Positions 29,175 to 38,457 of a stretch of DNA of 64,000 bases are shown here, piece by piece; within the stretch, counting starts at the first letter, position 1, and the number at the start of each line of letters is the position of its first letter. Origin of the DNA: Planctomycetota bacterium (GTDB lineage: Bacteria; Planctomycetota; UBA11346). Below the pieces are notes generated by a model, which saw only the letters and a list, made by a program, of their open reading frames with translations, did no database searches and had not been told where the DNA came from. The position numbers were made by a program, and so were the translations under genes. The stretch is taken from the NCBI GenBank assembly GCA_038231435.1, contig JBBRLJ010000015.1, positions 1 through 64,000 on the forward strand. Direction: 5' to 3'.

Positions 29175-30062
29175 TCACAGCCTGCGACGGCGGCGATACG
29201 CCAACGGAGACACGCCGATGCGGCGCTTGAAGAGTTTCGAGAAATAGAAGAGGTCGGGGATGCCTACCAGTTCGCCGATGCGGGCGATCGGTTCGTTGCC
29301 CGAGGCGAGCAGTCTCCGCGCACGGGCCAGGCGTAGTTCGATGAGGTAGTCGATCGGCGATCTGCCGGTCACCGCGCGGAAGGCGGCGGCGAGCGACGAT
29401 TCGCTGATGCCGGCGCGGGCGGCGATCTCGGCGCGGGTGATCGGGCGGGCGAGGCTGAGTTCGAGCCACGACGCCATGCCGCGCACCAGGCCGGCCCGAG
29501 CATGCCGAGCATGCTCGGCATGCCCGGCGCGCTGGGCGCGCAATTCGACCAGCAGCTCGAGGGCCAGCGCGCGCAGGCGTGGCTCGCGGTCGGGGTCGTC
29601 CTGGCGCTCGAAGGCGTGGGCCAGCTCGGCCGCGGCGTCGAAGAAGCGTGAATCGGGGGCGGGCACCACCACGAAGGGTTCGCGCCATGGTTGCGGCGTG
29701 GGTGGCACCTGCATCGAGGCGCGGGTGAAGTCCGCGTCGCCGGCGGTGTGCAGCGGCTGCTCGGCCGCGGGCGCCGACCAGGGCGCGTAAATCAGGTGCA
29801 CGCCGATGACCACGAAGGGATCCTCGCGATCGGCGGAGTAACGTAGGGGCGCTGCCCAGGGCACGTGCAGCAGGTCGCCAGCGGTCAGCTCGAAGGTGCG
29901 CGGCCCGACCTCGACGCGGCCGCGGCCGTGGGTCACCGGCAGCAGCAGGTTGCTCTCGCTCCAATGCGGACCGGCGGTCTCGCCCGGTCTGAAGGGATAG
30001 AAATTGGCCAGCACGGCGCGTGGGGGATGGCGCAGGGGGTCGTAGTCGGTCTGGGCGCCCAT
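29175..30062 (-). CDS. AraC family transcriptional regulator
   Basis: EIAARAGISESSLAAAFRAVTGRSP...VGIPDLFYFSKLFKRRIGVSP. Alternative start at 30119. Confidence 0.92.
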   Translation of the reverse strand: MGAQTDYDPLRHPPRAVLANFYPFRPGETAGPHWSESNLLLPVTHGRGRVEVGPRTFELTAGDLLHVPWAAPLRYSADREDPFVVIGVHLIYAPWSAPAAEQPLHTAGDADFTRASMQVPPTPQPWREPFVVVPAPDSRFFDAAAELAHAFERQDDPDREPRLRALALELLVELRAQRAGHAEHARHARAGLVRGMASWLELSLARPITRAEIAARAGISESSLAAAFRAVTGRSPIDYLIELRLARARRLLASGNEPIARIGELVGIPDLFYFSKLFKRRIGVSPLAYRRRRRL

Positions 30063-30197
30063 CTCTGACGAATAGTACAAATACTCGGCGACGCGTCCAT
30101 GGTTAGTTCGAGAAAACATCGATAAGTTCAGGCATACAATCCACAGGCCGGTCCTCCTCGACCGGATCAGCCAAATCCATCCCAGACCGGAGTTCCC

Positions 30198-30986
30198 ATG
30201 GTCCCAGCCGCCCGCCTGCTCGACGAGATCCGCCTCGATGGACTGTACACCGAGTCACGGCTCGACGAATCCGACGCCGCCCTGCGCGCCCGTCTGCGCG
30301 AGGACGGCTACCTGTTCTTCAGGGGCCTGGTCGACGCGACGCGGCTGATGCGGGTGCGACGCGACATCCTGCAGCTGTGCCGGGATGCCGGTTGGCTCGC
30401 CGAGGCGACGTCGCTGATGGAGGGCATCTTTCGCGGCGGCGCGTTTCCCGACTACTCGACCGAGTACATGACGCTGTACCGCGAGCTCATCAACCTCCCA
30501 TCGTTCAACGACTGCTCGCGCGCTCCGGAGCTGGTCGCCTTGTTCACCCGCCTGCTCGACGGCGAGGTGCTGGTGCACCCGCGCAACATCGCGCGCATCA
30601 GCTTCCCTCGGCATTTCGAATTCACCACCCAGCCGCACCAGGATTTCTTCTACATCCACGGCACACCCGACACCTACACCACCTGGATACCGGTCGGCGA
30701 CTGCCCGCGTGAACTGGGCGGGCTGGCTCTCCAGGAGGGCTCGCACCATTCCGGTCCGCTGACCCACGTGGCGACGATCGGCGCCGGCGGCAACGGTGCG
30801 CTCGCCGAAGGCCGTTGGCTGGGGGCCGACTACCGCGCGGGAGATATCGTGCTGTTCCACAGCTACACCGTGCATGGCGCGCTCGACAACCACACGCCAG
30901 ACCTCTTGCGCATGTCGCTGGACTACCGCTACCAGCGGGCCGACCAGCCGGTGGATCCGAGTTCGCTGCGTCCCCACGGCGGGTGA
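30198..30986 (+). CDS. Phytanoyl-CoA dioxygenase family Fe(II)/2OG oxygenase
   Basis: EDGYLFFRG, HQD, WIPVGD..GGL..GSH, distal H (TVHG), RMSLDYRY. Confidence 0.9.
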   Translation: MVPAARLLDEIRLDGLYTESRLDESDAALRARLREDGYLFFRGLVDATRLMRVRRDILQLCRDAGWLAEATSLMEGIFRGGAFPDYSTEYMTLYRELINLPSFNDCSRAPELVALFTRLLDGEVLVHPRNIARISFPRHFEFTTQPHQDFFYIHGTPDTYTTWIPVGDCPRELGGLALQEGSHHSGPLTHVATIGAGGNGALAEGRWLGADYRAGDIVLFHSYTVHGALDNHTPDLLRMSLDYRYQRADQPVDPSSLRPHGG

Positions 30987-30989
30987 CCC

Positions 30990-31027
30990 GAGGCCTCCTC
31001 AGGCCACCAGAGGCCACCGAGGCCACC
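30990..31027 (+). repeat. Degenerate 9-10-bp tandem repeat (AGGCCACC core), 4 units
   Basis: AGGCCTCC/AGGCCACC units at 30991, 31001, 31011 and 31020; shares GAGGCCACC with the array at 5443. Confidence 0.7.
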
Positions 31028-31110
31028 GGCCGTGGCTCGTCGCGCGCTGACCCCTGGAACCGGGCTCGGGTTGTCGTATCACCCACGGCTCCACCCCACG
31101 AGCCACTCCC

Positions 31111-31869
31111 ATGATAGATCTCGCATCCCAGCACGTGTTCATCTGCGGCGGCAGCCGCGGCATCGGCGCGGCCTCAGCGCGCATGGCGGCCAAGGCCGGT
31201 GCCAACGTGACGATCAATTTCCATTCACGCCAAGACGCCGCCGACCAGGTGGTGGCCGACATCGTCAAGCTCGGCCGCAAGGGCTGGGCGGTGAAGGCCG
31301 ACGCTGCGGCCGACGGCGCGCTCGACCGCGCCATGGACGAGGCGGTGCGCAAGCTCGGGCCGCTCACCGGGCTGGTGGTCTCGGCGGGCATCTTCGAGCC
31401 GATGAAGCTCGAGGCGATGAGCGTCGAGTTCTGGGAGCGCACCATGTCGATGAACCTGCGCTCGACCTTCCTGGCGGTGCGCGCGGCGGCCAGGCACATG
31501 CGCGCCGCCAAGCAGGGGGGATCGATGGTGATCTACACCTCGACCGCCGGCCAGCGCGGTTCCGCCGAGTTCTCGGCCTACGCCACCTCGAAGGGTGCGC
31601 AGATCCTCTTCATGCGATCGATGGCGCTCGAGTTGGCGCCCGATCGCATCCGCGTGAACTGCATAGCGCCATCGTGGACCGAGACCGAGATGTCCGGTCA
31701 CGTGATGGATGGCATCGGCCGCGACAAGGTCTTGAAGGGCTGCCCGCTCGGCCGCGTCGGCCTGCCGAACGACGTCGCGGGAGCGACCTGCTTCCTGCTC
31801 AGCTCAGTATCCTCGTTCATGACCGGGACGACCATGACGGTGGATGGCGGGATCGATATGCGCGGATGA
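31111..31869 (+). CDS. Classical SDR oxidoreductase
   Basis: GGSRGIG, SAGI, YATSK, RVNCIAP, VDGG. Confidence 0.92.
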   Translation: MIDLASQHVFICGGSRGIGAASARMAAKAGANVTINFHSRQDAADQVVADIVKLGRKGWAVKADAAADGALDRAMDEAVRKLGPLTGLVVSAGIFEPMKLEAMSVEFWERTMSMNLRSTFLAVRAAARHMRAAKQGGSMVIYTSTAGQRGSAEFSAYATSKGAQILFMRSMALELAPDRIRVNCIAPSWTETEMSGHVMDGIGRDKVLKGCPLGRVGLPNDVAGATCFLLSSVSSFMTGTTMTVDGGIDMRG

Positions 31870-31872
31870 GGT

Positions 31873-31997
31873 GAGAAGGGGAAGACGGAAGACCGAAGCA
31901 GGAAGCTAGGCACGCGTATCGCTCTCGTCGTCGTTCTTCCGTCTCCCCACTTCAGACTTCTCTCTTCCAACGGTCCAACACCCTAGTCGTCCAAGCC
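31873..31997. repeat. Two inverted heptamer arrays followed by octamer repeats
   Basis: GAGAAGG GGAAGAC GGAAGAC CGAAGCA GGAAGCT (31873-31907) versus TCTTCCG TCTCCCC ACTTCAG ACTTCTC TCTTCCA (31935-31969); then TCCAACGG TCCAACAC CCTAGTCG TCCAAGCC. Confidence 0.6.
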
Positions 31998-32092
31998 ATT
32001 CCTCCACCTCCAGTGGAAATTTCGCTCTCCCTTCCGAACCGCGGCTTTTGCGCGCGATGCGGATCCGCCACCATGGCGCGCAGGAGAACGCC

Positions 32093-33100
32093 ATGGTGAA
32101 GGTCGGAATCATCGGACTCGGCATGATGGGGCGGACGCATTACGAGGCGTACGCAAAGGTGCCGGGCGCGCAGGTGGTCGCGGTCGCGGACATGGACCCG
32201 AAGCGCGCCAAGGGCGACCTCTCTGGAACCGCCGGCAACGTGGTGGCGGGCGAAGTCTCGCAGCTGCCGATGGACCGCATCAAGGGGTTCTCTGACTATC
32301 GCCAGCTGATCGCGATGCCCGAGGTGGACGTGGTCGACATCTGCCTGCCCACCACCTCGCATCGCGAGGTCGCGCTCGCAGCGCTCACCGCCGGCAAGCA
32401 CGTGCTGTGCGAGAAGCCGCTCGGCCGCGACCTCGCCGATGCCACGGCCATCGCCGCCGCAGCTGCCGCCGCCAAGGGCTTCTTCATGCCGGCGATGTGC
32501 ATGCGCTTCTGGCCGGGCTGGACCTGGCTCAAGGCGGCGGTCGCCGAGCGGCGCTACGGCACGGTGGTGTCCGCCACCTTCCGCCGCGTCGCCTCGATGC
32601 CGGCCGGCTGGTATCGCGACGGCAAGCTCTCGGGCGGCGCGGCGCTCGATCTGCACATCCACGATACCGACTTCGTCTACCACCTCTTCGGCAAGCCGGC
32701 GTCGGTGTTCAGCCGCGGCTACGCCAAGACTTCGGGCGCCATCGATCATCTCGTCACCCACTACCTGTACGAGCGCGGCCCGCTGGTGGTCGCCGAAGGC
32801 GGCTGGGCGATGGCCGACGGTTTCGGATTCTCGATGCGTTACACGGTGAATTTCGAGCGCGCCACTGCCGACTTCGATCTCGCGCGGGCGCAGCCGTTGA
32901 TGCTCGCGCAGGGGGGGAAGTCCGAGACCGTCCCTTGCGGTTCGGAGACCGGCTACGAAGGCGAGCTGGCGTACTTCATCGATTGCGTGGCGAAGAAGCG
33001 TCGCCCCGAGACCGTCACCGCTCAGCATGCGGTTGACGGCCTCGCCATCATCGAGGCGGAGGTGAAGAGCATCGCCGAGGGCCGTCCGGTGGCTTTATAG
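32093..33100 (+). CDS. Gfo/Idh/MocA family oxidoreductase
   Basis: GIIGLGMMG, DVVDICLPT..H, HVLCEKP, DLHIHD; AGGAG RBS. Confidence 0.93.
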   Translation: MVKVGIIGLGMMGRTHYEAYAKVPGAQVVAVADMDPKRAKGDLSGTAGNVVAGEVSQLPMDRIKGFSDYRQLIAMPEVDVVDICLPTTSHREVALAALTAGKHVLCEKPLGRDLADATAIAAAAAAAKGFFMPAMCMRFWPGWTWLKAAVAERRYGTVVSATFRRVASMPAGWYRDGKLSGGAALDLHIHDTDFVYHLFGKPASVFSRGYAKTSGAIDHLVTHYLYERGPLVVAEGGWAMADGFGFSMRYTVNFERATADFDLARAQPLMLAQGGKSETVPCGSETGYEGELAYFIDCVAKKRRPETVTAQHAVDGLAIIEAEVKSIAEGRPVAL

Positions 33101-33220
33101 CCGGGGGCTCTGCCCCCGGGCCCCCGCGCGCCTTTGTCGCCCTTCATTTTGGCCGCGGGCCAAAATGTTTGGGTGATGGGCTGCGCCCATTGTTCACCCA
33201 AACCAGAGCTCGGCGGCCGG
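33101..33220 (+). repeat. Structured intergenic repeat, copy A4 (first of a tandem pair)
   Basis: GGGGGCTCTGCCCCC...CCTTTGTCGCCCTTC-ATTTTGGCC-GCG-GGCCAAAAT-GTTTGGGTGA...TCACCCAAAC-CAGAGCTCGGCGGCCG; starts immediately after the TAG of the Gfo gene. Confidence 0.92.
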
Positions 33221-33232
33221 GTGCTATTTAGT

Positions 33233-33388
33233 CGGGGGCTCTGCCCCCGGGCCCCCGCGCGCCTTTGTCGTTCTTCTTTTTGTCCGTGCCGGCCAAAAAG
33301 TTTGCGTGATGGGCTGCGCCCATTGTTCACGCAAACCAGAACTCGGCGGCCGGCGGCTTTGGCCGCGGTTTAAAGGGGCTCTGCCCCT
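33233..33388 (+). repeat. Structured intergenic repeat, copy A5 (second of the tandem pair) plus a trailing AGGGGCTCTGCCCCT hairpin
   Basis: First about 38 nt identical to A4; GTTTGCGTGA/TCACGCAAAC stem; TTCT/AGAA replaces TCCT/AGGA. Confidence 0.92.
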
Positions 33389-33558
33389 GCTTCACGCACG
33401 CTGCGGCAGAGGTCGGGCACGGCGGCTCCGCAGGCCGGTTGGCGGATTTCCATGAGACCAACGGCGATGCCATGCGCGGGTTCAGGCGAACCACGGAGCT
33501 GGGTCTCCGTCTGAATAGTACCTAAGGAACGGCCGCGTCGGCCGTAGTCGTGGTACGC

Positions 33559-34092
33559 ATGACGGCAATCGTCTGGATCGATGAAGCGGTGGCGCGTTAC
33601 GAACGCCCGTTGGTCGCCTATGCCTGGCGGCTGGCGGGCGATCTCGAGGCGGCGCGCGACGCGGTGCAGGACACCTTCATGCGCTTGTGCGATCAGCCAG
33701 AGGACGCGGTGCGTTCGCACCTGGCCGAGTGGCTGTTCACCGTCTGTAGGAACCGCTGCCTCGACCACCTGCGCAGATGCCGAACGGAGAGACCCATGGA
33801 CGCCACCGCCGACGAACCCGCTTCCGAGACCCATCCCGCCGCGCCCATCGAGGCGAGCGAATCCTCGGCCGGTCTGCTGGTGGCGCTCGCCTCCCTGCCG
33901 AGCCGGCACCAGGAGGTGGTGCGGCTGAAGTTCCAGGGTGGCTGCTCGTACCGCGAGATCAGCCGCATCACCAAGCTCACCGAAGGCAACATCGGCTTCA
34001 TCATCCACACCGCGATCCAGTCGCTGCGCGCCAAGCTGGCGGCCGATCCGGTATTCGCAGATCGCGCTGCACGTACCCCCACCAACGCCTGA
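33559..34092 (+). CDS. ECF sigma-70 factor
   Basis: AARDAVQDTFMRL, WLFTVCRNRCLDHLR (region 2); LPSRHQEVVRLKF..SYREIS (region 4). Alternative GTG at 33550. Confidence 0.9.
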   Translation: MTAIVWIDEAVARYERPLVAYAWRLAGDLEAARDAVQDTFMRLCDQPEDAVRSHLAEWLFTVCRNRCLDHLRRCRTERPMDATADEPASETHPAAPIEASESSAGLLVALASLPSRHQEVVRLKFQGGCSYREISRITKLTEGNIGFIIHTAIQSLRAKLAADPVFADRAARTPTNA

Positions 34093-34099
34093 GGATCCC

Positions 34100-36262
34100 A
34101 TGCACGCTGACACCGACCACGATCAGGATCTCACCGCCTACGCCCTCGGCGAACTGCCGCCCGCCGCGGCGGCGGCCATGGAGCGCCGGCTCGTCACTGA
34201 TGCCGCAGGCCGCGTGGAAGTGGAGCGGATCCGTGTCGAAGCCACCGCGCTGCGGGTCGCCTTCGCTGCCGAGGTCGGCGCTGGGCTCGGATCGGCGCGA
34301 CTCGCCGCCCTCGCCGCATCCGCATCCACGGCTTCCGTCGTCACCTCGCCCGACGCGTCCACGGGACGGACGCCACGCGCAGCGTCGATGCTCCGGATGC
34401 GACCGACGCGTTCGATGCTCATGCTCGCTGGCGGAGCCTCGCTCGCAGCTGCGGCGTTGACTTGCGCGTTGATCATACCGGATGGCATCCGCCATTCCCA
34501 TGGGACCGGGAATGGCGGAGAAGTCCCCGTCACCATGGTGCATCACCAGTTGCCCCCGATCGGCAGCCGTTTGCCTCTCGCCAAGAAGGAGGAGATGCCC
34601 GTCTCCGTCACCGTGGACCTCGACGAGACCGTAGAGCCGATTGCAATCCTCGACCTGCCGCTCCAGGAGCGTGGCATCGAATCCCAGGCCGGACTCGAAT
34701 GCGACGTGAAGGGGCCGCAGGTCGCATTCATGGCCGTGGGCAGTGGATCACCGCTTTCTGGTAAGATGGCGAAGTCTCGACTCCAGGTCGGACGGGTCGG
34801 CGTCAACGCCTCCGAGGAGATGGATGACTCCGCGACGGTCGAGAGCTATGACGGCGTGGGCGACAATCCCTTCCATGCTTCCGTCCACGATCCGCTCAGC
34901 ACGTTCTCGATCGACGTCGACACCGCCAGCTACGCCAATGTCCGCCGCTATCTCGCCGGCGGGCATCTGCCCCCGAAGGGCGCGGTGCGCATCGAGGAGC
35001 TGGTGAACTATTTTCCCTACCACGACGCTCCGCCGCGCGACGACAAGCCGTTCGCGGTCGACTACGAGGTCGGGCCGTGCCCATGGGAGCCGTCGCACCA
35101 GCTCGCGCGCGTGTCGCTGCGCGGCAAGGACATCGACCTCTCGCATCGTCCGGCGGCGAATCTGGTCTTCCTGCTCGACGTCTCGGGCTCGATGAACGAA
35201 CCCAACCGCCTGCCCTGGGTGCAGGCCTCGCTGCACATGCTCGTCGACCAGCTGCGCGCCGACGACCACGTGGCGATCGTGGTCTACGGAGGCGAGTCCG
35301 GCCTGGTGCTGCCGAGCACGCCTGCGTCGAACCGCGCCAGGATCCTGGCTGCGATCGACTCGCTGCATCCGGGCGGATCGACCAATGGCGCGTCGGGCAT
35401 CCAGCTCGCCTATGACACCGCCCACGCGGCCTTCGTGAAGGACGGCATCAACCGCATCGTGCTCTGCACCGACGGGGATTTCAATGTCGGCGTCAGCGAC
35501 CGCGATGGCCTGACCAGGCTGCTCGTCGACGAGGCCAAGGGCGGGGTGTTCCTGTCGGTGCTCGGCTTCGGCAAGGGCAACCTCAAGGACGAGACCATGG
35601 AAGCGATGGCCGATCACGGCAACGGCAACTACGCCTACATCGACACCCTGGGCGAGGCGCGCAAGGTGCTGGTCGAGCAGATGTCGGGCACGCTGATCAC
35701 CATCGCCAAGGACGTGAAGATCCAGGTCGAGTTCAATCCGGCGCGTGTCGGCGCCTATCGCCTGATCGGCTACGAGAACCGCCTGCTCGCAGCACGCGAC
35801 TTCAACGACGATCGCAAGGACGCCGGCGAGATCGGCGCCGGGCACACCGTCACCGCGCTCTACGAGCTGGTCCCCGCCGGAGCGCCGCTGCCCGAGGCCG
35901 GCGTCGATCCGCTCAAGTACCAGACGACCGCCACGCCCAGCTCGGTCGGCGCCGCGGGCTACGAGCTGATGACGGTGAAGCTGCGCTCCAAGCGCCCCGA
36001 TGCCGATGCCAGCACGCTGATGGAGGTGCCGGTGCAAGGCGCGGTGGCCGACGTCGATGCCACCAGCGAGGACTTCCGCTTCGCCGCCGCGGTGGCAGCG
36101 TTCGGAATGCTGTTGCGCGATTCCCCGCACCGCGGCCACGCCAGCTACGCCCAGGTCGAAGCGCTGGCACAATCGGGCATCGGCCGCGACGAGCACGGCT
36201 ACCGCTGCGAATTCGTGGGTCTGGTGCGCCAGGCGGCGGCGCTCGCGGCGGCGGGACGCTGA
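34100..36262 (+). CDS. YfbK-like vWA protein: N-terminal anti-sigma-like segment, TM, vWF_A, VWA, DUF3520
   Basis: LTAYALGEL anti-sigma-like N-terminus; STFSIDVDTASYANVRR; DVSGSM MIDAS; TDGDFNVG; IAKDVKIQVEFNP; YRLIGYENR; GAGG RBS. Confidence 0.9.
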   Translation: MHADTDHDQDLTAYALGELPPAAAAAMERRLVTDAAGRVEVERIRVEATALRVAFAAEVGAGLGSARLAALAASASTASVVTSPDASTGRTPRAASMLRMRPTRSMLMLAGGASLAAAALTCALIIPDGIRHSHGTGNGGEVPVTMVHHQLPPIGSRLPLAKKEEMPVSVTVDLDETVEPIAILDLPLQERGIESQAGLECDVKGPQVAFMAVGSGSPLSGKMAKSRLQVGRVGVNASEEMDDSATVESYDGVGDNPFHASVHDPLSTFSIDVDTASYANVRRYLAGGHLPPKGAVRIEELVNYFPYHDAPPRDDKPFAVDYEVGPCPWEPSHQLARVSLRGKDIDLSHRPAANLVFLLDVSGSMNEPNRLPWVQASLHMLVDQLRADDHVAIVVYGGESGLVLPSTPASNRARILAAIDSLHPGGSTNGASGIQLAYDTAHAAFVKDGINRIVLCTDGDFNVGVSDRDGLTRLLVDEAKGGVFLSVLGFGKGNLKDETMEAMADHGNGNYAYIDTLGEARKVLVEQMSGTLITIAKDVKIQVEFNPARVGAYRLIGYENRLLAARDFNDDRKDAGEIGAGHTVTALYELVPAGAPLPEAGVDPLKYQTTATPSSVGAAGYELMTVKLRSKRPDADASTLMEVPVQGAVADVDATSEDFRFAAAVAAFGMLLRDSPHRGHASYAQVEALAQSGIGRDEHGYRCEFVGLVRQAAALAAAGR

Positions 36263-36305
36263 CGCCAACGCCAATGCCGACAGGGCAGCTCGCCGAGCGG
36301 ACGCT

Positions 36306-37148
36306 TCACATCGCCAGGATCTTCGCCATAGCCTTCCTGGTCTTGCCCAGCAGATCCGGCCGAGCTGGCATCATCTCGGCGACCAATGTCCCATCGTAGC
36401 CGATGGCGCGCAGCGCCGGGATGATCTCGGCAAACGGCACGTCGCCTTCAAGCAGGTCGCAGAACCCGGCGAGGCCTCCGACCTGCTTCTTGAAGTCCTT
36501 GATGTGCACGCGGCGGATGCGCTTGCCGAGGATCGCGATCCAGTGCGGCGGATGCTGGTGGTAACCGAGCACGTTGCCGACGTCGAAGTAGACCCCGACG
36601 CGCTTGGAGCCGATGCCGTCGATCAGCGCGGCGAACTCGATGGGCGAATAGAACAGCCCGTTCCAGACGTTCTCCACGCACAGGTCGACGTCCACCTTCT
36701 CGGCGACCTCGGCGAGGCGGACGATGCCTTCCGAGGCCCAGGCCGCGGCGCGGTCGTATGGCACCGGGCCGTAGCCCGGCTCCCAGGGGATGGTGACCGC
36801 GCCAGGCACGTAGAGCATAGCCTTCGCGCCGACCCAGGCCGCCCGCTGCAGCGCGGCGGCGTGGAGCGTGATCGCGCGCTCGCGCACTGCGCGATCCGGA
36901 TGGGTGGGCGAGCACCCCCAGCTCATGCCGCTGGCCACGGTCTCGAGCGCCAGACCCTTGGCGGCGGCGAGCTGGCGGTAGCCCGCGCAGGTCTTCTCGT
37001 CGCTGGTGGGCGTGAGCACCCCGGTTTCGCCGACGCCGAGCTCGATGCCATCGAATCCAGCGGCCTTGGCCTCGTCCAGGGCTTCGGCAACGGGACGCGT
37101 GTTCTCGAGCCCGCCTGCGATGGACCAATAGCTGATGATGGCGCGCAT
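36306..37148 (-). CDS. Sugar phosphate isomerase/epimerase (xylose isomerase-like TIM barrel, hexulose-phosphate epimerase-like)
   Basis: GFDGIEL, VENVWN, FDVGN, VHIKDF, GDV, GYDG..VAE; GGAGG RBS. Confidence 0.9.
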   Translation of the reverse strand: MRAIISYWSIAGGLENTRPVAEALDEAKAAGFDGIELGVGETGVLTPTSDEKTCAGYRQLAAAKGLALETVASGMSWGCSPTHPDRAVRERAITLHAAALQRAAWVGAKAMLYVPGAVTIPWEPGYGPVPYDRAAAWASEGIVRLAEVAEKVDVDLCVENVWNGLFYSPIEFAALIDGIGSKRVGVYFDVGNVLGYHQHPPHWIAILGKRIRRVHIKDFKKQVGGLAGFCDLLEGDVPFAEIIPALRAIGYDGTLVAEMMPARPDLLGKTRKAMAKILAM

Positions 37149-37385
37149 GCGACCTCCGTCTGGGTATGCACGGACCATAGGGGGGCTGGCCCGGGCGGTG
37201 GGAATGGGCTTGGACCCGCGAAGGATGAAGTTCCAATCGCACTGGAGGATTTGCGCCCACGCCTCCGGGCGCGGGTCTTGCGCCGCGTCCACGCCGGGTA
37301 ACACGATCGCGCCCGGCATTCCCGACATCGTCCACTCATCAGCGACATCGTCCTATCTCCGACCTACTTACGACCGACACCAGAC

Positions 37386-38393
37386 ATGACCACCAAGCCG
37401 AACCTGCTGATCAATCTGCCCAAGGGCTTCTTCAAGACCCCGGCCATGGCGCCGGTCTTCAAGCGGCTCGGCGCCATCGCCGAGGTGCGCAGGCGCTCGC
37501 ACAATACCCACGATGAGATCGCCAAGGATCTGGCCTGGGCCGATGCGGTGATCATGTGGTCGTGGCCGGCCTACACCCCGGAGCTGCTCGCCCGCGCGCC
37601 CAAGCTGGCGTTCTCGGGACACCTCGACATCAACCAGGCCGGCGCCCGCGTCGCGCTCGCGCACGGCCTGCCGGTGTCGCTGAGCAAGAAGGCATGGGGC
37701 CCATCGGTCGCGGAGATGGCGCTGACTCTGATCCTGACCACCCTGCGCAAGACCAGCTCCTACCACGCCGCGATGCGCGTCGGCAAGGAGGCCTGGGTCG
37801 CTGATTTCCCCATCGACATCGACACCGACGAACGCCAGCTCACCGGGCGTCCGGTCGGCATCGTGGGCTTCGGTGCGGTTGGCCAGCGCGTCGCAGAACT
37901 GCTTGCGCCATTCCGCTGCCAGGTGCGGGTCTACGACCCGTTCCTGCCGGCCGAGATCGCCGAGCGCGCTGGAGCGTCGCGCGTCGAGCTCATGGACCTG
38001 ATCCGGAATTCGGATGTGGTGGTGCTGTGCGCCGCCTCGAACCCGGGCACCGCATCGCTGCTCGGCAAGCGCGAGCTCGCTGCGTTCCGCAAAGGAGCGG
38101 TGCTGGTGAACGTGGCGCGCGCCGCCCTGGTCGACACCGCCGCCCTGGTGGCACGCCTGAAGAAGAACGACTTCTACGCCGCCATCGACGTCTTCGATCT
38201 CGAGCCGCTCGCGCGCAATTCGCCCCTGCGCAAACTGCCGAACGCGTTCCTGACCCCGCATCGCGCCGGCGGCGTGATGGAGTCGGTGGTGCGCATCGTC
38301 TCGTGGCTCGCCGACGACTTCGAGGCGCACCTCGCGGGCAAGCCGCGCGCGCACGCCTTGAGCGAGAAGCAGCTGCCTGCTCTCGACGCCTGA
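37386..38393 (+). CDS. D-isomer specific 2-hydroxyacid dehydrogenase
   Basis: SVAEM, GIVGFGAVG, LVNVARA, IDVFDLEP, LTPHRAG. Confidence 0.9.
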   Translation: MTTKPNLLINLPKGFFKTPAMAPVFKRLGAIAEVRRRSHNTHDEIAKDLAWADAVIMWSWPAYTPELLARAPKLAFSGHLDINQAGARVALAHGLPVSLSKKAWGPSVAEMALTLILTTLRKTSSYHAAMRVGKEAWVADFPIDIDTDERQLTGRPVGIVGFGAVGQRVAELLAPFRCQVRVYDPFLPAEIAERAGASRVELMDLIRNSDVVVLCAASNPGTASLLGKRELAAFRKGAVLVNVARAALVDTAALVARLKKNDFYAAIDVFDLEPLARNSPLRKLPNAFLTPHRAGGVMESVVRIVSWLADDFEAHLAGKPRAHALSEKQLPALDA

Positions 38394-38395
38394 TT

Positions 38396-38445
38396 CCATC
38401 TCCAAGACATCCATCCTCCAGACATCCATCCATCCCGCCCGCCCA
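38396..38445 (+). repeat. Low-complexity TCCA/ATCC short tandem repeats
   Basis: TCCATCTCCAAGACATCCATCCTCCAGACATCCATCCATCCCGCCCGCCC. Confidence 0.5.
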
Positions 38446-38457
38446 CCTAGGACCCAT

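Noticed and set aside
33101..33388. CRISPR array (repeated palindromic units with variable inserts)
   Set aside because: Only two long units; the variable parts are themselves hairpins; other copies are dispersed; no cas genes in the window.
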